A DNA stretch of 64,000 nucleotides from assembly GCA_002633005.1 (NCBI GenBank), contig NMRA01000070.1, forward strand, positions 277,575 through 341,574, read 5' to 3'. Positions 1 to 11,950 of this stretch are shown piece after piece. Made by a program: the position numbers and the translations under genes. The number at the start of each line of letters is the position of its first letter. Positions within the stretch are counted from its first letter, which is position 1. Origin of the DNA: Phoronis australis (taxonomy: Eukaryota; Animalia; Phoronida). Below the pieces are notes generated by a model that searched no databases, was not told the origin of the DNA, and worked only from the letters and a program-made list of their open reading frames with translations.

Positions 1-210
1 CGAGCTATGAATCAGCGCGGCTTTGCGTGATTTTGCACATCACATCATAAAGAGTTCCATAGCAACTCGAGTATGAGTGTCAGATTTGGGAGTCTACTCG
101 AAATACGATATTAGACACGCTTTTTTGAGTACGACTCCAGTGAGCACGATTTTGAGTATGAAATCTCGAGTATGAGTATGAGTCTGAGTACGGAGATTGG
201 AGACCGGGCC
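1..210. mobile_element. End of a MITE with GGGCCC terminus and CTCGAGTA/GAGTAT subrepeats (truncated by window start)
   Basis: The reverse complement gggcccggtctccaatctccgtactc matches gggcccggtctctaatctttgtactc at about 49486. Both have internal ctcga-rich subrepeats. Confidence 0.55.
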
Positions 211-606
211 CAGGTCATAGCTCGCATGTGAGGTAATTGACCCAAGAGGTTTTTGCCTCAAAATATGGGGAAGTGATTGCCTCACACGTTGCATTTCTTT
301 TACCCCTTGAGCGTAAGACCTCTGAGAGGAATGCAGGTGATTTTCCGAATACCCCTTGTGGCCATTTTGCTCCATGTAACTGTCATGGCAAGTACGTATT
401 TTAGAGCGGAATAATTTACCTATTAAATAGAAAGTTTCAAATTTCTTTCCTGTAGTTACATGTAGATTGTTGTTCTTTAAACGCTGAGGTACAGTAGGCG
501 GTGATGAAACAAAAGGCTGAGACACAACTTTTAGGACAGAGTGAACCCGTGTGCTCTGTGGTGGCTTGAGATTAACATGCAACCGAAACTCGCTCTTTAC
601 TTCAAG

Positions 607-750
607 GTTTCGACGTAGATCAGATAGATTGTCGCAAGAAGAAGTCCGCCGGCAGGTGCAATCCCTCGAACCGAAATTTCAACTGGATGAAGAGAAATTG
701 CGCCAAGACTTGTGGAAAATGTGGGAAACTGCCTGGTGGCATGAACCCAG
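607..750 (+). CDS. Internal exon of an ShKT (ShK toxin-like) domain protein
   Basis: Acceptor ttcaAG|607 and donor 750|GTgcag bound a 144-nt phase 1-1 exon. It reads (C)FDVDQIDCRKKKSAGRCNPSNRNFNWMKRNCAKTCGKCGKLPGGMNP, the ShKT Cys pattern ending C-x-x-T-C-G-x-C. The first Cys needs a T from the upstream exon. This is not the frame shown in the ORF track. Confidence 0.8.
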
Positions 751-883
751 GTGCAGTTGAGGTGTCCATTTCATACGTTGCACACCAATGTGGCGCTGTT
801 AAGATCTAAAAGTGCTCTTTGTTGTAATTCATCATCATTTCATGTAAAGTAGTATTAAGTAAAAAACAAGAGATCACGTTTCT

Positions 884-1468
884 GTCTATTACTGGAATTA
901 AAACTTACAAAAATTAGCGACGTTGCGTCTGGATCTCACGGACTTCAGCTTGGCTTGTGACGTTATCGATACTCTGGCCAATTGGTGGCGTTTTGGGTAA
1001 ACGGCGCGGCATTGACGTCAGTACACTATCCCATACGTGTGTCAAATCGAATCGTAAACCGCCTCTTTTATTTAAAGAGGGACTCTCAATGCACTCGTGG
1101 AGAGCTTCCTTTCCACCCCTTTTGAACCATTCTTCTTCGCAGTCTAAGATAGTAACATCATGCGTATTGAAATCATGTCCAGTAGGGCACGTGTGGCTAA
1201 AAATAGCCGAATCATAAGTGTCCCTGTAACTAGGACGACAATATTGTGACATACGCATTTTAATGGACTGTTTCGTTTCACCAATGTAACTGTCTGAGCA
1301 CTGGGATCCTTACACCTGACACCATAGACAACACATGATTTATTCACTTTGGGGGTCTTGTCCTTGACATTAACCAGTTGGCTGCGGAGAGAATTAAAGG
1401 GTGTGTGGATAATAGAAATGTCAAACTGCTTAAATGTTCTCTTGAGGCGGACAAACAGACCCTGGACG
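884..1468 (-). mobile_element. Penelope-like retroelement 3' fragment (GIY-YIG endonuclease, frameshifted), left arm
   Basis: The minus strand reads QGLFVRLKRTFKQFDISIIHTPFNSLRSQLVNVKDKTPK...VVYGVRCKDP/CSDSYIGETKQSIKMRMSQY...ILDCEEEWFKRGGKEALHE...PSLNKRGG. This matches a PLE thumb-linker and GIY-YIG C-terminus, with one frameshift. Confidence 0.85.
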
Positions 1469-1511
1469 TCAGAAATCACCACACGAGTAGCAGAACTAAC
1501 AGTAGTGGTTG

Positions 1512-2031
1512 CCTTTAATTCTCTCCGCAGCCAACTGGTAAATGTCAAGGACAATACCCCCAAGGTAAAAAAATCCTGTTTTGTCTATGGTGTCAGGTGT
1601 AAAGATCCCCGGTGCTCAGCTAATTACATTCATTTTTGTTGAAACGAAACAGTCCATTAAAATGCGCATGTCACAACATCTTCGTCCTAGTTACGGGGAC
1701 AGTTAAGATTCGGCTATTTTTAGCCACATTTGCACTATATGATTTCAAAACGGATGATTTAACTATCTTAGACTGTGAGGAAGACTGTTTTAAAAGGGTT
1801 GTAAAGGAAGCTCTCCATGAGCGCATTGAGAATCCCTCTTTAAGTAAAAGAGGCGGTTTACGATTCGATTTGTCACACGTATGGGATAGTGTACTGACGT
1901 CAATGCCGCGCCGTTTACACAAAAAGCCACCAATTGGCCAGAATAACTATGACGTCACAAGCCAAGCTGAAGTCCGTGAGATGCGGACGCAACTTCGGTA
2001 ATTTTTGTAAGTTTTAATTCCTGTAGTAGAC
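1512..2031 (+). mobile_element. Penelope-like retroelement 3' fragment (GIY-YIG), right arm, inverted copy of 884-1400
   Basis: It reads FNSLRSQLVNVKDNTPK...VYGVRCKDPRCSANYI/ETKQSIKMRMSQH...KEALHERIENPSLSKRGG. It shows clear reverse-complement similarity to the left arm along its whole length. Confidence 0.85.
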
Positions 2032-5000
2032 TCAAGCTTGACCTGTTTTCTCAACTGGGTGTCTCAAAATTTTCATGATTTTGATAAGACAATGTTCGGT
2101 ATTAAAATGTATTAAAATGTTTCGACCGGCATGATACTGACGTTCGTCCCTTTACTTGTTTTTAACCGTCAGTAACACAACGACATCTTAACACCTAACT
2201 TAATTAATGAATAATCGTTTGAAGTTTCACTCGTGAAGTGGGAAGCAAATTGCTTCACTTGCTGCATTTCTTTTACGTTCTATAACGGCGAGGTGAACTA
2301 ATGGTTTTGAAGTTTACATTTGTTTGCACATAAAATTAAATTCTTGCATCACCTGACAGCATCAAATTCGTCTGGATGAACCTTTGTTTCCAACGATTCA
2401 TTTTTAAATCTTAATTATAGTGTATATTGCATCGCTTTTACTAACGTATGAAATGTTGTGTGGGGCTAACACTAACATTTTGACACAAAGCCTGAAAGTC
2501 GAAGATCCGCATCGATCAGCAGTCCTAAAATTAATTTGGTTTAAATGTCGTGATTTTTACTCTAAAGCTTTGTTCAGCTATTGGTCAAATACCCCGTTTC
2601 ACATTTGAAAGCAACGCGCAGTGAGCATGTGCGGCCCTAAGCCGTAGACTCGAGGTAAAGAGTGAATGTATGTGAGTAAATGTGCGGTCATGATCATTGC
2701 AGGGGAGTATTCAAATACATGTTGGCGTTATGTAAACGGTTGGGGTTTAACAGCCTAATCATTCACCAAAAAGTCTTTCGTCTTTTTCGAAAGAATTGCA
2801 TATGGGCAACTACTGGTGTCGTCGTTGCCTGAAAGGGTAGGAAATGTATGACTTCGGTGACACTATTTCCCGTGCTACGAGTTTTCAACAGGTGAGATTG
2901 TGAACGAGGGTGGACTTAAATGAGACATGATTAGTTGTTTATAATAAGGTTTTGTCTTCTTGTGGGCCATGAAGAAACGTGTCATTAGATGTGAAAACAG
3001 TATAAAGCATTATTAAGCATGTCGTTTTTATGTTCTGTTTACTTATAGAAAACTCCCCCTATGGATATGCAGTGAATACGCTTAGACAACTTGTTTGCGA
3101 AGCAGAGCACTGTCACGTGAGGAAATGGAATGAAAGTGAGCAACATAATACATCGATGACTTATTGTTACATCCAAAGACGTGTCAACTTAAAGGAGCAT
3201 TTAAAGTATTTCACAGCAAATTTAATCACACGTTCCTATATAGAAGACGTTTTAAAAATGATATACATTTTGTTATTGTTTCTATGTTAACGCTTAAACT
3301 ATGAGCGCGTTCATAAATGGACCAGGCAGAAAGCGAAAAATTCCAAGACATTTTGTGGCAAGAACGTAGTTGATCACACAGGTTTTAGGCCGCCTTTTGT
3401 TTTCTCAAAACGGCACGAGTTGGATTCCATGGAAACGGACTGTTTCCGTCAGGTTTTGGTCTGATACCAGTTAAATTTTATGATAATTTTGAACAATGGC
3501 GTTGAGTTTTGCACGTATCGTTTCCAAATTAAAATGGGATTAACTTCCTCAATTAACGTGAATGTGATTTATATGTGTGCGGATGCGTGCGTCCGTGCGC
3601 GCGCGCGCGCGTGTGTGTGTTTACTCATTTTAAGAGTGAAGTGCTGTTCAGAGCAGGCAAAATACCCAGGGGAATAGTAAATTAAATGTCACGGATTGGA
3701 GCCATACTATGCACTTTAATTACCTTTGGGTTAATAAACAAAACAGTGAAGTCCAAGCTCATTTTACTTTAAGTGGGGGAATACAGGTGCCTTATTTTGG
3801 TTGATAAACCAAGCCAAATGGTTATTTGCAATGCATGATAAAGAATTACTGTTGCACAAGTCAATAATTTGTTTATACTGTTTTAATAAAGCGAGTCTTT
3901 CAATTCATCAAGATGTTAAACAATTCTCATAAACTTTGCCGTTAAGTTCGAATTTTCTGGCTGAAATTATAGAGGGATCAGATGCTAGCAAATGGTAGCG
4001 ATTTTCCCACCCATTGAGCCCGCACTGTATAATCGCAGCTGGTGCAACACTGATCAACACCAGATTTGTACAAAAGATGTTTCTAATCGTCTGGCAGTGA
4101 GTCTCACAAGCTTGTGACAACCACCTTAGTGCAAATTACATCCAATACTGATGCCTTTTTGGAACACTATTGCACCAGTGATGTACATGGTTTGGATTCA
4201 GAAACTTTTTGATTAATAATTAGTTTTGTTTAATAAAACATGCGCATTTTCTAACTTTTTTCCACTTTCACGTTTTCGTGAAACATTTAATCAACAATAG
4301 GCGTCACTTTAAATGTAACAAGGTGGTTACCGATCATGCCTTGCAGCGTTCATTGTTTAAGCGTTTAAGTTTCATGATTGTTGTGATGAAGTGGGCGGGA
4401 CCTCGAAATAATACCCAACAGGGACACAGGCGAAGTGCTCTTCGCATGTGAAATCTATCGTCAATCCTTCGATGCAGCATAAAAACCTGAAAATGTGGAA
4501 TTAGATGGAAATCACGTAGACTGTGTAAATATCCATTACCTGGCATTAACTCCGGTGCCAAGCCGGATGTCGGTTGAAATTTCCAAAGTCGACTTACTGC
4601 AACAAAAGTACGTGATCATTCTCCATTGTCATGGTGAGTAGTGCTTTGTTTGAATGTGAAGTTATTACATTGTGGTAGTATTTTGGTGGTAATAGTCAGT
4701 TTCTAAGGAAGTGGCTGATGGTGTAACCCGGCAGCCCGTACGCTCCCCATTGTGGTGGCAGTTGCCGAATTTGGCGGGCAACATTTACCACGGTTGGTGC
4801 GCCGGCAGATACATGGAGGCTAACTTCAGAAAAATTCTCAACGGGCACTATGCACCCTAGTGGTTCCCAACTCAATAGCCAGTTCTGTCTGGAGGACTTC
4901 CTTGGCACGGCGGGCGAACCCCCTAAATTCCAGCTAATACCCTGCTGTGGCAGTAACTGGTTCGCCTTTCAGAAAATTCACAAAACGACTGAACACGCAT

Positions 5001-5199
5001 GTAATTTAAAAATGTAACAACAGATATCAACCAGCAGTGTTACTTGTTTTTAAACAGTCTAGAAGCAAACCTTTTTATTCGTGTCCACAGTAGGCCTGCT
5101 CCACTGTGAACAATTGATGAACAGTCTTAAGCGGCTAAGTGAAATGATAAATGTATACCTGTCATTTGGCAGTTGTTGAAGTCTAGGCTAGCCTAAGGT

Positions 5200-5455
5200 C
5201 AATCAGTGCATTTATGTCATGTGTTAGTTGTCAGTTTAGTGCAATAGTATGTGATAAAGTCGTCTAGTGGCGACATGTCGCAAACGGAAAATGCAACATG
5301 TTCTTGGCTGTCACTTTTGAATGACCATTAATTGCCTAGGGCCAATCAGTTGTGTCAGTTGTACGTATAGTGCGATATTATGTGCAAAACTCGTCTACTG
5401 GCCACGTGCTGCAAGCGAAAGTGCAACATGTCATTTGGCTTTCACTTTTGAATTT
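5200..5455. repeat. Degenerate tandem duplication, about 130-140 bp x2
   Basis: The blocks aatcagt, gtgcaacatg/atgcaacatg and tcacttttgaat recur in both halves. Confidence 0.6.
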
Positions 5456-6469
5456 AATTCCCATTATTTTGGCCATGCGTCTTGTTTTTAGTTCTTTATA
5501 GGAAGTATGGTTAATATATGTATTGAGGTACGTTGAGGTCATACCACTCTAAATTCCAACTTTAACAGAAATCCTGCACGTCACAGTATCTTTTCATTTC
5601 AGCTATCAGTGAATTACATGATTCTTGAAATCACAGTGTGTCATTATGTGCTAGGAATCTCAATATGTTGACTTTTAGGGCTTGGAAATCCTCTTAATGT
5701 GCAAAGCAATCCGGCCAAACTGGCAAAAATAAAACATGTACCAACAGTGTTTGTTCAGGTTGAGTTAATATACATGTACTTGGTGTCGCTTTATATATTG
5801 CATCCATGGGTCAAATGAACCATGTCAGCTAAAATCAATGAATGACTCAGAAGTAGTAACACCTCTAGTGCATGGCTTGGTAGTGAGAAGTTCTGCAAAA
5901 AGAGTATGTTTCTCCGAGAGTGTCATAAATAACCCCACTGTCATTTTTCAGACCCCACAAGAACTGCTCAGGCGATGTAGAAGGATAGGCAGTTTAGGGA
6001 GCTAGACTGGCTGACACCACTGCAGGTTAAAGGTTTCCTTTCACGCTTGGCTGCCGTGAACCGTGCTGGGAAGTTGAAAATTATGAAGAGACAGAGGTTA
6101 ACAGTTTTCTCGAGGAAGACTTCAGATTTCAGCTTCGCCGGAAGATTGTGCAACATATGCCTAAGTGGTTTATCCACTTGTAATTAATGTGATATGGTAG
6201 AAACTGAGGCAGATGCAAAATGCAATAAAGCAGCACTTCTTCGATTTTTTCAGGCAAAGCATAAGTGGGTGTTAGTGAAAACAGGATATTTAGTCTGTGT
6301 TGTGGGCGGCAGTTCGTTGTCAATTTTTTAAAACTCTTTGTGCTCTCTTAAGTTTTATTGAGAGATGCTGCTGTTTCAGTTATCAAATTCAATTCACAAT
6401 ACACTCAACCTAACTTAACTAAAAAGCAATGACTTATCGCAATGTTGACATTAAGTACAATCCAAAGGG

Positions 6470-7030
6470 AAGGTCATGCATCTGTATTTTGAAAGATTAA
6501 CTTGTGGAGTTTAATACGCAAGCCAATTGCCTTTAGATCAGTTAACGCATTTAGATATCTGGGTATTTTATACGCTACTTTATACAAATTAATTGGATAG
6601 CAAGTGTTAAACCAGATAACAGTCACATTAAATATCATTTTTGACTTAACAGTGGTCCAACGTTGTATAAGCAGATTGACAAGTACGGTATACGATGGCG
6701 ATTTAAGCGAGGTCACCTGTCATTTGGAAAGGCTAACAATGGGAATGTCATACTTGTGCTAGTTCACTGGCATAGTCGTTTTTGGTTTTTGCCATGCTAC
6801 TTTGTGTTAATTAACTTTGTGATAAGTGTTTACTCAGATTCTAGTCGCATTAAATATCATTTTTGAGTATAAAGTTATCTAACATTGTATATATAAGCCG
6901 ACGAATTATGTGTTCGGTATGGGATGACGAGGTAAAAGAGGTCAACTGTATTTTGAAAGGTTAACAATGGGAGTGTCGTATTTGAGCCAGTTCAATAGCA
7001 TTTAGATCAGTTGCCGCATTTAAATACATG
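6470..7030. repeat. Degenerate tandem repeat, about 230 bp unit, ~2.5 copies
   Basis: aggtca..ctgt..tt.gaaag..taac occurs at about 6470, 6709 and 6938. cattaaatatcatttttga occurs at about 6626 and 6849. tttagatcagtt occurs at about 6532 and 7001. Confidence 0.65.
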
Positions 7031-8024
7031 TATCTCAAAGGTGATTTGGCTAGAGAAAACGTTGTTAGTCTTGCTATTAAAGCGACAAAAAGACTTAGTG
7101 ATTACAACGCAATACTATATTTGTAACTCAGAACTGTTTCAAAGTTTATCTACTGTATATAGTGAGTCTACTGAGAAGTCGTGGAAAAACTTGGGTGACA
7201 ATAAAATACTTGTGTGGTAGTAATGGTCGTGATACTGAAAGCAGTCTTTATCATCTTCACTTCTTTCACATGACCTCTGTAGTTGGAAATCTAATAATGC
7301 CTCCAACAGATGACTTTCTATAGTAAAGTAACGGCTGATCACGTGGGACCAGATACCATTGCCCTTTGGATGGCTACGAAGTAATTTCACTTTTTTGAAC
7401 TTTTCACAGCTAGTCGCGCACGCTTAGTCAACTATGCTCCACTGTCGCAGACGAAGTGATCCGGTTCCACGTGTCCCCAGTGCTTCGTAATAGTTACAGC
7501 ACGTTATATACAGACAGCACAGTGATAACAATAGCCAGACTACTCCAAACGGTGAAATTATTTGGGGCAGTGTCGTCTACGTAACGCCCCCAGAACCCTA
7601 GCCACCAGTGGTTTTTTTTTTCCTTTCCCTTGCCAACTGCCGTTGTTGGGGTCCCGTTATCCCTCATTTAACTAGCCCATACGTGTTAAAATGTGAAACA
7701 AGTGACCCTTACTGATCGTGTATCTGTGTAAAATTGAAGGTTCAAGCAAAACCATTTGTCTCACTTTTAGAAGAGCAAATGCCCAGATGCATGCTTTAAG
7801 ATTTGTCTTTTCTGAAATACTTTTAAGTATAAGTCTCTTCTTGGATGTCCTTAAACGCAATGTTTGGCATATTTTGTAAATAAACACAATGAATTGATAC
7901 TTTGCACTTTTTATTGCAAAGATCAAAATTAACTTGACTTTCGATTTCAGCCACATGTGGACATGAACACCAGGATCTTCTCCCTGTATTCGAAACTCGA
8001 CTCGGTAATTTACCCCCAACCCCC

Positions 8025-8150
8025 NNNNNNNNNNNNNNNNNNNNNNNNNNNNNNNNNNNNNNNNNNNNNNNNNNNNNNNNNNNNNNNNNNNNNNNNNNNN
8101 NNNNNNNNNNNNNNNNNNNNNNNNNNNNNNNNNNNNNNNNNNNNNNNNNT
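8025..8150. other. Assembly gap (N run)
   Basis: Run of n. Confidence 0.99.
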
Positions 8151-8219
8151 CATGATTGACCGTGGTACCAAACTGAGTGTACAGCCTCGCCGCTCATGTT
8201 TTATTATGTTTGATTCCAG

Positions 8220-8374
8220 CGTGCGTGGACCACGTCGAATGGGGATCGTTTGACTGCCAGGAGAATCGTCATTGGTGTAACGATAATCGCTATGAAGTTT
8301 TGAAAGCTGCGCTGGAATTTTGTCCGCTGACGTGTGGCTATTGCAATCCGTGTACTGAAACGGTTCGCTTCTAG
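8220..8374 (+). CDS. Terminal coding exon of the ShKT domain protein
   Basis: Acceptor tttgattccAG|8220, phase 1, joins in frame to exon 607-750 (...MNP-A-CVD). It encodes CVDHVEWGSFDCQENRHWCNDNRYEVLKAALEFCPLTCGYCNPCTETVRF*, a 6-Cys ShKT domain. AATAAA follows at 8581. Confidence 0.8.
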
Positions 8375-8580
8375 ACGAGTACTAGGTGGAGCAAACTGTT
8401 GGCTTCCAAGACTTCAATTCCGTTTGTTTTAGAATGACAACTGTTCAGTTGCCTAATTGCGAAGTTGCAATGTGTTTCAAACTTTTCAAACCGAGGTCGG
8501 AAGTTATATTCAACAGAGTAGTCCCAGTGTTAAATGAGATGCACAGATTATCTTTGCATACTGTGAGTCTGTTCAGAATT

Positions 8581-8586
8581 AATAAA
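8581..8586 (+). promoter_or_regulatory. Candidate polyadenylation signal of the ShKT gene
   Basis: AATAAA about 200 nt after the TAG stop, followed by GT-rich sequence. Confidence 0.45.
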
Positions 8587-8799
8587 TGGTGATTGTGACT
8601 GTAATCTCGGTAGTACTACAAATTAATCTCGCCATTAGCACAATACCTCTATTCCACACACACGAATGGCTTGAACATATCCAGTTACAAAGAATTCACT
8701 GCGAGGAGAATCCTTGCGACACTTAGTCACTGTCAGAACAGTTTGGCGTCTAACTGATCATACCTATCGTAGGCCGCCGTTTGGGGGAAGTGTCGCCCG

Positions 8800-9330
8800 T
8801 GTGACGCTCGTAGTTCATTATCGCAGAGACTTCGCTCGTGTTCTACGACCGACGTAGAATTTTTTGTAGGTCACGTCAGCTCTGAAGATGTTTCACGCTC
8901 GTATTTTCGCTCGTATTTGCGATCGTTTTTTTCTCTTGTAATTTTACGCCCGTCATTTTAAAAAAGTAGTTTCAGATTTAAGTACCTGCCCACTAGACCA
9001 CCAGTTGTTTTATGTTGCAATTGGTTTGTTACTCAAATGTTTTGAATAAAGGAGAGTGATTTACCACCATTTAGAAATTCTACAGTACATTAGTCCTCCG
9101 CCGAAAATCGTTTTGGAACTGTGGTCTTTGCAATGTCACATGTCACCTGCACGTGCTATTGGGAGTAAGAAAATGGAGCTTGGCTTAAATATTGAAAAGG
9201 CATGTTATAAAAACATTTTGACAAAAATTAGAAGCTCTGTGACATCACCTGCTATATGTATATATTTCACAAAACAGACCACTTTCAAATGCCTAGGATG
9301 TCTAAAACAGCAAGTCGGTCTTCGAAATTT
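8800..9330. mobile_element. Interspersed repeat (partial copy of the element at 27670-28470)
   Basis: gcagagact.cgctcgtgtt.tacgacc, aagtacc.g.cc, gagtaagaaaa and accactttcaaatgc are shared collinearly with 27700-28180. Confidence 0.7.
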
Positions 9331-11950
9331 ATTAATCCTGTATCCGCCCCTGATAATAACGCCACTGATGTTCCCCTTGGCAACGGATAAAGAATCCTAT
9401 CATCGCAAGGAATGTTATTGGACAAATTTGATGAACCTTTTGCGTAACTCTCTTTTCCTTCTTTCGATTGAATATGATCCGAGTTCGTTTTCAGAAGGAT
9501 TCGGAAGTTGGAGGTAACCATCGTCATAATTCAGTTGCAATCGTATGTTGGAAAACCCCAGATTGCTAAAGTTCTGAGCTACATGGCATATTTGATAGTT
9601 TCATTTAATTTAACAGTAAAGGTTTGCCCTGGAGGGTCGGCCAAAGGTCTGTCAGGAGTCGGGGGGGGGGGGGGNCGAAAATAAAGTCAAAACGAAGACA
9701 TGATCCTGCTTGAGTGACATTTTTATCACCTGCAATGTACACGGTCATCACAACCACGTCTATAATCTGTGTGTGCATGTGTTACCCAACTTTCGCCAGT
9801 TGAAGTTGTAGAGTTTGCGTACAGGTACATGTACATGCTCAACGGTTGCACGGATGGACGTCACTGAGAAGTGAAGGAGAACGCGACTCGATGGTTTTAG
9901 TTTCAAGTTGGTGGCACCACACGTTTTAACCACGGTTGGCTGCCTTCCGAATTTCATTGAAAATTGTATGCTGTACATTTTGTTTTTTTTCTGCTCGTGA
10001 AGGCTGCGGATCATGACATTTGTTTCTGAGTTATGTTCTGGCTGAAAGAATGCTGTATATGTAGCTGTTGACACCTTTTGAGGTTAAAACCGATTCCTCG
10101 CATTGCTTTTCTTAAAACTTAGGATAAATCTCCTGCTTTCTGTCAAAAAGCAGTTTGGATTTAGGTCACTTGCATCTATGTACTATGTAAAGTCTTGTTC
10201 CACGAAAAGTTTATAATTGATCTCTGGTCTGCCAAAGAATTGAACTAACAGTCCGTTACAATTACCTCAGTTAACATCTCGTGCCTCCATGACAATATAA
10301 GTCTACGTTGATATACCTTTACGCTATAGTCTTTCTCAGTTGCAGATATGGAGCAACACACATCATTGGCGCTCAACATTTTGTTTCTCCTAATTAGTCA
10401 CGCGTTTCTGAAATTATTTGCAATAGGCTATACATGTTACTAAAGTATTAAACACCCGGTGCCACATTGCCTTCTGGGTGATTTATATAGGCCATTTTTC
10501 AAATTAATTGTTTTCTGAAATTGGAAAAGCGAAAAGAATAGTTTGCGTTACAATCTTTGGCGAACCAGCAGTTGACAGCACTGTCTCCTTGTTGTTTAAT
10601 ATGTTTCATTTTTTTTTCAACATTCTACTGACCAAACGTGGGGGTAAGTTCATATAGGTATAAAATGCGTCTGTCGCTCACCAAACCCGATTTTGGCCAA
10701 TTAACATTATAGTAAAAACGACTTTTTCGTCAATTTCTCGTGACAAAATAATGCTATGTAACCCTTGATAACCGAAAACAACTTTGGATTTTTTAAAAAT
10801 CCTTTTTAACTGCTAAACGGGATCTATGCATTCTAGCGAATTACATGGCAATTGTGACAGGCAAGGACGCACCAAGGACCACAATGTTAAATTTGGGTGA
10901 TAGGGTGGTATGAATTTCTATTTGACTCCTGCTTTCATCGTTAACCATTTTTGGTGCATTAGCAGGTGACAAGAAGATTTGTCATCAAACAGGGTACATA
11001 CTTTTTACTGGCGTTGAGAGACGTCATGGCTTCTTACAAAAATAGCAATACATAAACAACTGGAGTGGTTTGCTTTGAATTATTCACATACCAATATATC
11101 AGGTCTGCTTCAGAGAATAAAAACTCCGAAACAGTAGAAAACGATACAAAAGTCCACACTAAAAAGGCACGGGAACTACCAAAATTACGTGAATGCATAA
11201 TTCATAGCGATCTAGTGAACCTACCCCATGGTTCTTAGTAAAGGGATCCACATTCTCAAAAATTGAAGCACACATGTTTAGGCTGGGTGCGCTCATGACG
11301 ACGAGAAGAAACATTTTAATGTCTCTCAATGAAAATTGCCGGTAATAGAGACTTCCCTGAGTTTATGTACGCTCAACGTATTAGTAAGAAAGGGCAAGTT
11401 CGTGAGTTGTTTTGGGGTAAGCTGTGCTGTGTGCGGGCAGTACGTACATGTACGATTAGGTTTCACGCTAAGCCCATAAGGGTTGCTTTCACTGACCTTG
11501 CGGGCCGTCGGAATTTCAAAGTTTTTATGCTTGTACACCGCCAAGGCCAGTGCCCTCTCAGCAGTCTTAACCCAGCCGAGCCGCCGGGGAAGCACGGAAT
11601 GTACAACACGAAATTTCGTATGCATGTTGGCATTCTACACTATATAGTGAAGGTAAACTAGTTGTTAAGTATTCCGATCTTATATTTCGCCACTTACACC
11701 CAACGGCACTATAATTGTAATATACATGTACATGTAGTAGCAATATATATAGTATATAACAATGTTTAATTATAGCCTCCAGCGACAAAACCACCCTCTT
11801 GATACCCAAACTAAAAGTGTTTTTTAAGCAAAATATTGTGTTTTTTACTTGCACACCACAGTCACTTGGCACCATAGTAGTTTTTTACAGTTAAAACATA
11901 TTTTCTGAGCTGCAGCAACCCCACCTTGTGGTGAAAAAATAGAGGAGTCA

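Noticed and set aside
337-375. Extra 39-nt ShKT-gene exon
   Set aside because: The donor fits the phase, but the acceptor lacks a pyrimidine tract; not supportable without transcripts.
551-760. ORF-track peptide ...QEEVRRQVQSLEPKFQLDEEKLRQDLW...
   Set aside because: Wrong frame; the overlapping frame encodes an ShKT domain bounded by splice sites.
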